NCBI GenBank assembly: GCA_003251635.1 | Contig: QKEW01000013.1 | Span: 2,023 to 66,022, forward strand | Direction: 5' to 3' | Length of the DNA: 64,000 bases | DNA from: a bacterium | Lineage (GTDB): Bacteria; Patescibacteriota; Minisyncoccia; Moranbacterales; GWC2-37-73 | Shown here: piece by piece, positions 20,243-36,105 of the stretch | Layout of the letters: each line of letters opens with the position of its first letter | Position numbering within the stretch: the first letter of the stretch is position 1 | Notes under the pieces: model-generated | Told to the model about the DNA's origin: nothing | What the model saw: only the letters and a program-made list of their open reading frames with translations | The model's database searches: none | Made by a program: the position numbers and the translations under genes

Positions 20243-20850
20243 TTAATTGTTTTAATAAAATAATGTTCAAATTTTATTTAAAATCTGGTTGTGTGAAAAA
20301 CAAAAATTCCAAGGGTTTTTCCCTGATTGAAATTTTAATAGCCCTTTTTGTTTTTTCGATTTTGGTAACAACAGTTTCTGGCGTTTACGTTGGTTTTTTA
20401 TCGAGTCAAATAAAAGCCAGGGAAATTCAGCGAAGCCTGGAGAGCGCTCAAGCTGTTTTGAATAATTTATCCAAGACCTTTCGAACCAGTAAAATTGTTC
20501 TTCCTGCTTCATCGTCCACTGTTACTGCTGTTAGGATATTTGATTATTCTAAATCTTCACTGGAAGATGCTTGCATTGAATATTCCGTAACTGATGAGAA
20601 ATTGACTGTGAAATCTGCTAACTTAGTGGAAGCGGCTTGTACGGGGACGGTTGATTTGGGCGATGAAGTTTCCTTGATTGAGGGGCGGGTTTTCGGTGGA
20701 TTTTTGGTTGATTTGAATAATAGTACTGAAGTTGGAAAAATCACCATACCTCTTAAAATTTGTCCTCAGGGCAGTGTTGATTCTTATTGCAGCGCTACAT
20801 CCGGTAATGCTGTTAGTATTCAGACAACCGTTTCTTTGAGAGCGAATTAG
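20239..20850 (+). CDS. minor pilin / pseudopilin
   Basis: KGFSLIEILIALFVFSILV prepilin-type N-terminus. Confidence 0.7.
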   Translation: MINCFNKIMFKFYLKSGCVKNKNSKGFSLIEILIALFVFSILVTTVSGVYVGFLSSQIKAREIQRSLESAQAVLNNLSKTFRTSKIVLPASSSTVTAVRIFDYSKSSLEDACIEYSVTDEKLTVKSANLVEAACTGTVDLGDEVSLIEGRVFGGFLVDLNNSTEVGKITIPLKICPQGSVDSYCSATSGNAVSIQTTVSLRAN

Positions 20851-20878
20851 AAAATATTCCCAAGCCGTGCTATAATAG

Positions 20879-22990
<2,112 letters not shown>

Positions 22991-22994
22991 AATT

Positions 22995-23282
22995 ATGTTG
23001 AAAAAAGAGGAAATTAAGCATATTGCCAATTTGGCTAGGATTAGCTTGAAAGAGGAGGAAATTTCTCAATTTCAGAGAGATATTTCTCAGATTTTGGATT
23101 ATTTTGCAAAATTACAAGAAATTGATACTCAAAAGATCGAGTCGATCGGGCATATCAGTGGAATTGAAAATGTTTTTCGTCCAGATTCGATTCGAGAGTG
23201 CGATGCGGCGGTTTGTGAAAGAATTTTGGAAAATGCTCCCGAAATTAAAGACAAGTGCTTCAAAGTTAAAAGTGTTTTATAA
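22995..23282 (+). CDS. gatC: Asp/Glu-tRNA amidotransferase subunit C
   Basis: MLKKEEIKHIANLARISLKEEEI, and a position immediately upstream of gatA. Start chosen at the internal ATG after the ligA stop. Confidence 0.8.
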   Translation: MLKKEEIKHIANLARISLKEEEISQFQRDISQILDYFAKLQEIDTQKIESIGHISGIENVFRPDSIRECDAAVCERILENAPEIKDKCFKVKSVL

Positions 23283-23306
23283 TTTTTTAATTATACAGAA
23301 AGGATT

Positions 23307-24761
23307 ATGATTAGGGAATTGCACGAAAAATTAAAAAATCAGAAAATTACTGCAGTTAAATTAACTCAGGATTATTTCGAGAAAATCAAAAAAACTGATC
23401 CGAAAATTCAGGCCTTTTTGACTTTAACTGAAGACTTGGCCTTAAAGGAGGCTAAATTAGTTGATAAGAAAATAAAAAGAGGGGAAGAGATTGATCTTTT
23501 GGCTGGGATTCCGGGTGCTATTAAAGATAATATTTGTGTTGCTAATGTCAGGACAACGGCTGCTTCTAAGATTCTAGATAATTACATAGCTCCTGATGAC
23601 GCCACTGTTATCGACCGTTTGAAAAAAAGTCAGGCAATTATTTTGGGTAAGACCAACTTGGATGAATTTGCCATGGGTTCATCTACGGAAAATAGTGCCT
23701 ATGGTCCAACTAGGAATCCTTTGGACAATGAAAGAGTGGTTGGCGGTTCTTCTGGTGGCAGTGCGGCTGCAGTAGCGGCCGGAGAAGCAGTTTGGTCTTT
23801 GGGGTCTGATACAGGTGGTTCAATACGTCAGCCAGCTTCTTTTTGTGGGGTTGTGGGTTTGAAACCGACTTATGGTCGAGTTTCGCGCAGCGGCTTAATT
23901 GCCATGGCTTCAAGTTTGGATCAGATAGGTCCTTTGGCTAATTCTGTTGAAGATTGTGCCATTGTTTTGTCGAGAATTGCTGGAGAAGATCTTTTGGATG
24001 CAACTGCGGCGCAAAGTGCTAATAAACGATATGAAGATTATTTAAATGGTGATATTGCTGGTAAAAAAATAGGTGTGCCGACAGAGTATTTGGATGGGCT
24101 TGATCCGGAAATTCGCAAAATTTTTGATAAATCTTTGGAAAAATTTGAGTCATTGGGGGCCAAGATTAAATTGGTCAGTCTGCCACACACTCAGTATGCG
24201 CTGGCAACTTATTATATGATTATGCCATCAGAGGTTAGTTCGAATTTGGCGCGTTTTGACGGGGTTAAATTTGGTCTCAGAATAAACGATAAGAAAGATG
24301 ATGTTGAAGAAAATTCAGAGAATGTTAATCGCAGCCTGTTGGAAACTTACATGGACACTCGGCACTATGGATTTGGCCGTGAAGTGAAAAAGAGAATTAT
24401 GTTGGGAACTTTTGCTCTTAGCAGCGGCTACTACGATGCCTATTACTTGAAGGCCCAAAAGATTCGAACCTTAATCAAAAAAGATTTTCAAGAAGTTTTA
24501 GAGAAGGTTGATTATATCTATACTCCAACCACCCCGGAAATAGCCTTTAAGCTTGGAGAAAAAACTCAAGATCCATTGCAGATGTATTTGTCGGATATTT
24601 ATACTATAACTGCCAATTTGGCTGGGGTTCCGGCTATATCTTTTCCGATTGGATCAATTAAGGCGGGAGAAAAAAATATGCCTTTGGGTGGTCAGTTAAT
24701 GGGTAAATGGTTTGATGAAGAGGGGATTTTGAATGCCGCTCATTCTTATGAAATTAATTAA
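23307..24761 (+). CDS. gatA: Asp/Glu-tRNA amidotransferase subunit A (amidase)
   Basis: Amidase signature GGSSGGSAAAVAAG with Ser-cisSer-Lys triad context. Confidence 0.9.
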   Translation: MIRELHEKLKNQKITAVKLTQDYFEKIKKTDPKIQAFLTLTEDLALKEAKLVDKKIKRGEEIDLLAGIPGAIKDNICVANVRTTAASKILDNYIAPDDATVIDRLKKSQAIILGKTNLDEFAMGSSTENSAYGPTRNPLDNERVVGGSSGGSAAAVAAGEAVWSLGSDTGGSIRQPASFCGVVGLKPTYGRVSRSGLIAMASSLDQIGPLANSVEDCAIVLSRIAGEDLLDATAAQSANKRYEDYLNGDIAGKKIGVPTEYLDGLDPEIRKIFDKSLEKFESLGAKIKLVSLPHTQYALATYYMIMPSEVSSNLARFDGVKFGLRINDKKDDVEENSENVNRSLLETYMDTRHYGFGREVKKRIMLGTFALSSGYYDAYYLKAQKIRTLIKKDFQEVLEKVDYIYTPTTPEIAFKLGEKTQDPLQMYLSDIYTITANLAGVPAISFPIGSIKAGEKNMPLGGQLMGKWFDEEGILNAAHSYEIN

Positions 24762-24767
24762 TTTTCA

Positions 24768-25313
24768 ATGACTTTTAATTTTGAAACTACAACTGAGAAT
24801 TCTAATTGGCTCGACAGTCTAACTGAGATTGGAACTCAGGTTTATAATTCTACGCCCGTTGATTGGATTAAATATTTTTTGATTGTTTACACTTTAGTAT
24901 TGCTAGCCGATGTTATTTTACTTTTGATTTTGCGGGGAGTTGGAACTGATTTTAGAGTTGGAATGTTGGGCGCGGATGTCCCGACAACTTCCAGGTCTAA
25001 AATGAAAAAGAGATTTGATAAAATCAAGAAGCGGCTAGAAACTCAGGATATGTCGCAACACAAAATTGCTGTCATCGAGGCTGATTCCATGGTGGATAAT
25101 TTACTTTCCAGGGTTGGCTATAGCGGAGAAAATATGACTGAAAGACTGGGTCGACTGGGCGTCGGACAATTGGATTATCAGGAAGATTTATTGAAGGCGC
25201 ATCAGATTCGCAATCAGGTTATCCGTCAGCATGATTTCAATTTAGATGAAAAAACTGCCAAGGAAACCATCGATGTTTATGAAAAATTCCTGCGTTATTT
25301 GGAATTTATATAA
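24768..25313 (+). CDS. hypothetical membrane-anchored protein
   Basis: One TM helix. No recognisable motif. Confidence 0.45.
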   Translation: MTFNFETTTENSNWLDSLTEIGTQVYNSTPVDWIKYFLIVYTLVLLADVILLLILRGVGTDFRVGMLGADVPTTSRSKMKKRFDKIKKRLETQDMSQHKIAVIEADSMVDNLLSRVGYSGENMTERLGRLGVGQLDYQEDLLKAHQIRNQVIRQHDFNLDEKTAKETIDVYEKFLRYLEFI

Positions 25314-25371
25314 TTTTGGATAATTGACAGTTTTAGAAAAAGCTGTAAAATAGGTAGCGTGTGTTATATAT

Positions 25372-25446
<75 letters not shown>

Positions 25447-25541
25447 AAGCTAACCTACACCTTATAATCTGCAACTAGCAACATTCGTTGTCAGTGGTTA
25501 ATTGTAAGCTGTTAGTCAAGTTGCCAGGGTAGCTCAGCTTG

Positions 25542-25649
25542 CCCCGTTGCACTTTATGGGCCAGAGTAGCTCAGTTGGTTAGAGCACAGGACTCATAAGC
25601 CTGGGGTCGTGAGTTCGAATCTCACCTCTGGTACTAAAGTGCAACGGGG
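25542..25649. repeat. Perfect 15-bp inverted repeats (ccccgttgcacttta / taaagtgcaacgggg) that flank the inner tRNA exactly. TTG direct repeats lie at both outer junctions
   Basis: Exact reverse-complement arms at 25542-25556 and 25635-25649. Confidence 0.85.
25560..25633 (+). tRNA. tRNA with CAU anticodon (elongator Met, or Ile2 if lysidinylated)
   Basis: Cloverleaf with acceptor gccagag/ctctggt, D-loop agttggtta, anticodon loop CUCAUAA, T-loop ttcgaat. Confidence 0.85.
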
Positions 25650-25809
25650 TTGAATTAGAGCACAGGACTTCCGCCAAAGGCGGACAGGCATAAGCCTGGG
25701 GTCGTGAGTTCGAATCTCACTTCTGGCACTAAAGTGCAATGGTATTGATTTGGATTTTGGAATTGGTCTGTTGAAAAAAAGCTTTTTAAAAAAAATAAGT
25801 TGAATATTT

Positions 25810-25886
25810 GGGGGCGTAGCTCAGTTGGTTAGAGCGTCTGCCTGTCACGCAGAAGGTCGAGGGTTCGAGCCCCTTCGTCCCCGCCA
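25810..25886 (+). tRNA. tRNA-Asp (GUC) with encoded CCA
   Basis: Anticodon loop cuGUCac, and close similarity to bacterial tRNA-Asp. Confidence 0.9.
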
Positions 25887-25895
25887 ATAGAATAA

Positions 25896-25942
25896 AGACC
25901 TGAGGGTCTTTTGCAAAAAGCATGTCCAAGGACATGCTTTTT
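25896..25942 (+). terminator. two tandem intrinsic terminators after the tRNA cluster
   Basis: agacc-tgag-ggtct-tttt and agcatgtcc-aag-ggacatgct-ttttt. Confidence 0.6.
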
Positions 25943-26047
25943 GCTTGAAAATAATCGGCAACTAGTTTTTTATAAGAAAATATTCTTGCAAAAATACTTA
26001 TTTTTAGCTATAATAAGGGAAGTGGGAATATTAAAAAGAAGCATTTT

Positions 26048-26422
26048 ATGGCTCCAAAGCTTTATTTTTGGATTTTGCGTTTCGCGTTAATTCTAGGGTT
26101 GGGGACTTGGATTTGGGTTTTGTTTAATCTTGATCCAGAAAATTCCGGATTAATTGTTTGGATCTTGTTTTATGGAGCATTTTTTGTTTTTTTGGGCGGT
26201 TTTTTTATGAGTTTTTTTACCTGGCTGAATCGGGATTTGCAAGGTGAGCAATATTCAAAAGAATCTTTGGTCTATGGTGCGCGTCAAGGTTTATTGCTGT
26301 CTTTTTTGATTGTTGCCTTGCTTTTTTTTCAACAAAAAGAAATTTTACTTTGGTGGGATGGGCTTTTGCTGGTAGCTGGGATTTTCTTGGTTGAATTATA
26401 TTTTCTTTCACGCAGAAAATAG
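26048..26422 (+). CDS. hypothetical small membrane protein (four TM segments)
   Basis: Hydrophobic ORF immediately upstream of gyrB. Confidence 0.5.
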   Translation: MAPKLYFWILRFALILGLGTWIWVLFNLDPENSGLIVWILFYGAFFVFLGGFFMSFFTWLNRDLQGEQYSKESLVYGARQGLLLSFLIVALLFFQQKEILLWWDGLLLVAGIFLVELYFLSRRK

Positions 26423-26427
26423 GTTAG

Positions 26428-28476
<2,049 letters not shown>

Positions 28477-28552
28477 AATTTTTCAAAATTCCAGAAAAAT
28501 GCTATGATTGGAGTGAAATGATTTGATTTTTAAATAAATAAATCTTATCCAA

Positions 28553-29137
28553 ATGACTGACGATAATTTTATATCTCCGGAAAATCTTGAAGCGGGAATG
28601 GAAATGCAAGTTCGAGTTGAACGTGAATTTGCCAAGATTGATTTGGCGGCTCAAAAACTTTCAGAAAAATATAAGGAATATGCCGACTTGCAAAGTTTTG
28701 TGAGTTATTTGCAGGGTCTGGAAAAAATGTTTACTCAGGCCAAGATTGAAAAAATGGGCAGTAGTCGTTTGAAAGAAGAATTGGTAAGAAATGAAATTCA
28801 TTTTTTTGCCGATGATAGCGGTTTGGATGAAAAAGTTTTTGCAACGATTCGGGATGATTTTGGTTTGGCTATGTTTACCATCGAACAAATTGAAGAAACC
28901 TGTGAAAAACTTTTAGCCAAATATCCGGACTGTGCTGATTGTCATGATTTCATTTTGTATTTGAAAAAAATATCCCTGTTGTTTTTGGAGGCACAAAGAG
29001 AGCGTTGGGATGTTCAGGTTATCAAGGAAAATTTGTGGCAAGCTAGAATGGAAAAACTTTCAGCGGATGGTCAGCCTGAACTTAAGATTTTGGAAAAGAT
29101 TCGACAGGAATTTGAAATGCTTTTGGGTGAAAAGTAA
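28553..29137 (+). CDS. hypothetical protein
   Basis: ORF with a plausible start. No motif recognised. Confidence 0.45.
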   Translation: MTDDNFISPENLEAGMEMQVRVEREFAKIDLAAQKLSEKYKEYADLQSFVSYLQGLEKMFTQAKIEKMGSSRLKEELVRNEIHFFADDSGLDEKVFATIRDDFGLAMFTIEQIEETCEKLLAKYPDCADCHDFILYLKKISLLFLEAQRERWDVQVIKENLWQARMEKLSADGQPELKILEKIRQEFEMLLGEK

Positions 29138-29222
29138 TCCGTGTTTAAAATTAAATAAATTAAAAATTAAATATTTTTGTTGAAAGATCAAATAAATCGG
29201 TTTTTCAAACAAAAACAAAAAA

Positions 29223-29912
29223 ATGAATCAAGTGCAAACTTGGGGAGTGTCTCTCTATTATTCCCTTGATGAGTTAGGGGCTAGGCTTATCGGTTTCTTG
29301 CCGTCGCTTATTGGGGCTTTGTTGGTTTTTGGGGTTGGTTTGATTGTGGCCAGGGTTTTGAGTCGAGCAGTGGAAAAGGGATTGAAGTTAACTAAGATCG
29401 ATCGTTTAGTGGAAAAATCGGAAACAACCAAAAAAATTGAAGAAGCTGGTCTTAAGTTGAATTTTTCTAAGGTTTTGGGTGAATTGGTGCGTTGGTTTTT
29501 GATTTTGGTTTTTTTGACAGCGGCTACGGAAATTTTGCATCTTTCTCAATTTACCAACTTTCTTAACAGCATTTTGATGTATTTGCCGAATGTGGTGGTT
29601 TCAGTCGTAATCTTGGTTATCGCTTTCTTGTTGGCTAATTTCACTTACAAGTTTGTGCGAGGCAGCGTAAGAGCAGCCGGAGTAGTGAGCGCTTCAGTTT
29701 TAGCCATGATTTCCAAATGGGCTATTTTGATTTTTGGAATTTTGACCGCTTTGGTTCAGTTGGGAATTGCTGAATCGATTATTAACACGATTTTTATTGG
29801 AGTTATCGCAGCCTTTTCGTTAGCAATCGGTTTGGCTTTCGGTTTGGGTGGTAGAGAAGAAGCAGCTTCGTTGATTCGAAAACTGCGTGAAGAAATCTCC
29901 GAAAGAAAATAG
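29223..29912 (+). CDS. hypothetical polytopic membrane protein
   Basis: Four to five TM segments. Confidence 0.5.
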   Translation: MNQVQTWGVSLYYSLDELGARLIGFLPSLIGALLVFGVGLIVARVLSRAVEKGLKLTKIDRLVEKSETTKKIEEAGLKLNFSKVLGELVRWFLILVFLTAATEILHLSQFTNFLNSILMYLPNVVVSVVILVIAFLLANFTYKFVRGSVRAAGVVSASVLAMISKWAILIFGILTALVQLGIAESIINTIFIGVIAAFSLAIGLAFGLGGREEAASLIRKLREEISERK

Positions 29913-29941
29913 AAATTTTTTCTGAAGCTTTGGATAAAAAA

Positions 29942-29972
29942 ACGACCCCGCTGATTGTTCCTGGCGGGGTTG
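29942..29972. terminator. bidirectional intrinsic terminator
   Basis: ccccgc-tgattgttcctg-gcgggg hairpin with an A-run upstream and a T-rich tract downstream. Confidence 0.5.
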
Positions 29973-29975
29973 TTA

Positions 29976-30146
29976 TTAACAAGAATTATGCTTTAGGCGA
30001 ATTTTAACTTTCCCGGTTAGGAATATTGGAGGACCTTGATTTTGCTCATCAGACATTGCTTTTTGTAGGTCCTTAGCGGCCTCTGGGCTAATTTGCAGCT
30101 TGAGGTTATCAAATAAACTCAGAAATTTTTGTTCAGCTTCTGTCAT
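29976..30146 (-). CDS. small protein of about 56 aa (MTEAEQKFLSLFDNLKLQISPEAAKDLQKAMSDEQNQGPP...). Below the ORF-track cutoff
   Basis: ATG preceded by GGAGGA at ideal spacing. Ends at the bidirectional terminator. Confidence 0.45.
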   Translation of the reverse strand: MTEAEQKFLSLFDNLKLQISPEAAKDLQKAMSDEQNQGPPIFLTGKVKIRLKHNSC

Positions 30147-30239
30147 ATGTAAGTCCTCCTAATGAAAGAATTGATGTGCTAAACTCAGTCTAATTTTATT
30201 CAATTTTTCTGTCAAATTGAATTAAATTTCCTCCGACTC

Positions 30240-30267
30240 TTGACAGGTTTTTTGCATCTGCTATTAT
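30240..30267 (+). promoter_or_regulatory. consensus sigma70-like promoter TTGACA-16-TATTAT, about 450 nt upstream of the 23S rRNA
   Basis: Exact -35 hexamer and a near-consensus -10. Confidence 0.45.
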
Positions 30268-30714
30268 GGATTTACGTTTGAAAAAAGTGATGCTTTCGGG
30301 CAGTGAAAATGAGTGCTAAAGTTTATTTTCAATCATTTTGAAAAACACTAGAAAAAAACAAAAAAAATCAAGCGGGTGAAATTGGGGTCATTTTGACTCT
30401 TAGTTGTCTCCGCTGAAAAAGCGGTTTTTTTGTTGCTTTAAAAAATGGTGCGAAAACAATTTCCAAAAAGCGTTTCGTATGTAATACGAACTTTGTAGAA
30501 TATGTTTCCGCATCAATCACTGAACTTTCAGTGATCGGTCACTTGAAAATTAAATAGAGTCTTTTTATGCGCGTGTAATTTTTCTCTTCTGTTTGGCGGA
30601 AAAAGAGAGGGTTGGGCGCAAAAGCATAATAAGTCTGAAATAGGTCAAAAAACAACACCGAAGAAAATTTGCAGTTAATCGTGATTGTTAACTGCTAACC
30701 GTTAAAAAATGAAA

Positions 30715-33772
<3,058 letters not shown>

Positions 33773-33859
33773 TTCTAATTTTTACGGTTAGTGGTTAAGA
33801 ATTACGATTTTTTGGAGGTTTTGTTTTTTGTTACTATTTCTTTTGTGTTAGATTGCATT

Positions 33860-33970
33860 GTCTTGGTGGCTTTTGCGGAGGGGGTACACCTCTTTCCATC
33901 TCGAACAGAGCAGTTAAGCCCTTTAGCGCCGATGGTACCTGTTTTCAGGGAGAGTAGGCCGTCGCCAAGA
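33860..33970 (+). rRNA. rrf: 5S ribosomal RNA
   Basis: Helix I tcttggtggc/gtcgccaaga. Conserved CCGAAC..AGTTAAGC..GCGCCGATGGTA..GAGAGTAGG segments. Confidence 0.85.
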
Positions 33971-34062
33971 CTATGCAATTTAACCAAGCAAGCACTTTGA
34001 GGTGCTTGTTTTTTGTTGTTAAAAGTTCTAATATTAAAAATGAAATAATTAAGTTGAAAAAT

Positions 34063-34893
34063 ATGTTAGACCGGGGGTCAAAAAAAAGAGCTATAATCGT
34101 TTTTGTTTTTGTTTTAATAATTTTTTTATTGGGCTATTTTCTTTATCAAATAATCACGCCGGATCCAACTTGTTTTGATGGTAAAAAAAATCAAAATGAA
34201 AAGGGAATTGATTGCGGTGGAGTTTGTCCGGTTTGTAGTGATGTTTTTAGTGTTCAGGAGCTAAATATTATTGAAAAAAAGTTTGTTTACGGGGGTAATA
34301 ATACCTACGATGGATTGATAAGAATTGAAAATCCCAACAATACGGTTGGAGCTTCTTCTTTTAAATATACGGCTAAGTTGCTAGATGAAAACGGAGAAAT
34401 CTTGGGAGAAAAACAAGGACAAGGTTTTATTTTACCGGCCGAAACCAAATATATCACTTTGATTGGTTTTGCGGTGGGAATCGATCAAAATCCGGTTCAA
34501 TTGGAATTTGAAATTTCCCAGCCAAAATGGGAGGAATTCTCTCAATATCAAAAACCGCAACTCTCGATTTATAATAAGCGATTTACTTTTTTGACCGATC
34601 GGGTCGGCAGTGAAATTTACGGAATAGTTAAAAATGAAAGTCGTTTTGATTTTAATGTCATCAAGGTCAATATCATTTTGCGGGACGAGAACAATTCACC
34701 GGTAGCTCTAAACTCAACCAAGATTGATGTGATGCGCAGTGGTGAGGAGCGAGATTTTAGTTTGATTTTCCCCTATCAGATTCAAGGTGAAGTGAAGAAC
34801 ATTGAAATTGAAGCCGAGGCTGACACCTATGATTCTCAAAATTTCATTAAAACTTATATTTCGGACGAAAGACTGCCTTTTCAAGAGTATTAA
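34063..34893 (+). CDS. hypothetical membrane-anchored, cysteine-rich extracytoplasmic protein
   Basis: N-terminal TM helix, then CFDGKKNQNEKGIDCGGVCPVC. The ORF track starts it at 33973. The ATG at 34063 avoids overlap with the 5S rRNA trailer. Confidence 0.55.
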   Translation: MLDRGSKKRAIIVFVFVLIIFLLGYFLYQIITPDPTCFDGKKNQNEKGIDCGGVCPVCSDVFSVQELNIIEKKFVYGGNNTYDGLIRIENPNNTVGASSFKYTAKLLDENGEILGEKQGQGFILPAETKYITLIGFAVGIDQNPVQLEFEISQPKWEEFSQYQKPQLSIYNKRFTFLTDRVGSEIYGIVKNESRFDFNVIKVNIILRDENNSPVALNSTKIDVMRSGEERDFSLIFPYQIQGEVKNIEIEAEADTYDSQNFIKTYISDERLPFQEY

Positions 34894-34895
34894 AA

Positions 34896-36011
34896 TTGCC
34901 TGAAATGTCTCATAAACTATTTCGAACAGATTGGATTTTATTGGGAGCGGTCTTTTTGCTTTTGGGAATAGGTTTGGCAGTGCTTTATAGTATTTCCGGT
35001 CAAGGAGAGGGTTTTTTTGATAGCGTCTTTTGGCGCCAGTTGTTTTATGTCGGTCTTGGTTTGTCGGCTTTGATTTTCTTTGCCTTAACCGACTATCACT
35101 ATCTGCTTTCCTATAGTACCGCGATTTATTTCGCGACTTTGTTTATTCTTTTTTTGGTTTTAATTTTTGGTCAAACGGTTCGTGGAACATCTGGTTGGTT
35201 GGGATTGGGAATTTTTAATATTCAGCCAGTCGAGATGGCCAAGGTAGCTTTAGTAATTTTTTTGTCTGGTTTTATTTCCCAAAAAAGAATGGAGTTTGGT
35301 GAATTTGGAAGAATGGTGGCTTCTTTGGTTTTTTCTTTGATTATGATTTTCTTAGTAATCAAACAGCCCGACTTTGGAAGCGCCATGGTGTTGTTGGCAA
35401 TTTGGGGAGTGGTGATTTTCGTTTGCGGAGTCAGTCCAAAAGTTTTTTTTCTGCTCTTTTTTGGAGCCTTGGCAATATCATTGATAACCTGGTCTCAGTT
35501 GGTACCTTACCAAAAAGATCGAATCATGAGTTTTTTGGATCCAACACGAGATCCGCAAGGGGCTGGATACAATGTTAATCAATCGATTGTGGCGGTTGGT
35601 AGCGGTGGATTAACCGGCAAAGGAATCGGCCATGGAAGTCAGTCGCAACTGAATTTTTTGCCGGAAAAGCATACTGATTTTATTTTCGCTTCAATCGCTG
35701 AAGAGCTGGGTTTTTTTGGTTCGGTTTTGACGGTCGGACTTTTTGGCGTTATTTTTTTTCGGATGCGGCGGATTGCCCAAGCTGCCCCAGATAATTTTGG
35801 GTTTTTGCTGTCAGTCGGAATTATGGCCATGTTTTTTGTTCAAGTTTTTATCAATATCGGCATGAACATCGGACTAGTTCCGGTAACTGGAATTCCTTTG
35901 CCCTTTTTGAGCTATGGTGGAAGTTCTTTGATTTCGATCTTGGCAACAATCGGGATATTGCTCAATATTTATGCAAAAAAATCATCATCCATGCAAGTTG
36001 AACGGGAATAA
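34896..36011 (+). CDS. SEDS-family peptidoglycan glycosyltransferase FtsW/RodA
   Basis: Ten TM segments and the conserved SEDS motifs (HTDFIFA, GIPLPFLSYGGSS). Confidence 0.85.
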   Translation: MPEMSHKLFRTDWILLGAVFLLLGIGLAVLYSISGQGEGFFDSVFWRQLFYVGLGLSALIFFALTDYHYLLSYSTAIYFATLFILFLVLIFGQTVRGTSGWLGLGIFNIQPVEMAKVALVIFLSGFISQKRMEFGEFGRMVASLVFSLIMIFLVIKQPDFGSAMVLLAIWGVVIFVCGVSPKVFFLLFFGALAISLITWSQLVPYQKDRIMSFLDPTRDPQGAGYNVNQSIVAVGSGGLTGKGIGHGSQSQLNFLPEKHTDFIFASIAEELGFFGSVLTVGLFGVIFFRMRRIAQAAPDNFGFLLSVGIMAMFFVQVFINIGMNIGLVPVTGIPLPFLSYGGSSLISILATIGILLNIYAKKSSSMQVERE

Positions 36012-36105
36012 GTTCATTTTTGGGTTTATTATTGACCAAAATCACTTTGTGTGATAAATTGAGCGGAGTGGATTTGGGGCAAAATAATAATTTGAGTCAT
36101 TTGTT

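Larger units (their letters stand above)
25523..25728 (+). tRNA. Interrupted second tRNA(CAU)-like gene. A 5' part (25523-25537) and a 3' part (25650-25728) are separated by an insert that contains a complete tRNA. A 19-nt hairpin also sits in the anticodon loop
   Basis: Acceptor stem gccaggg/ttctggc pairs across the whole unit. The D, anticodon and T arms are nearly identical to the inner tRNA. Confidence 0.5.
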
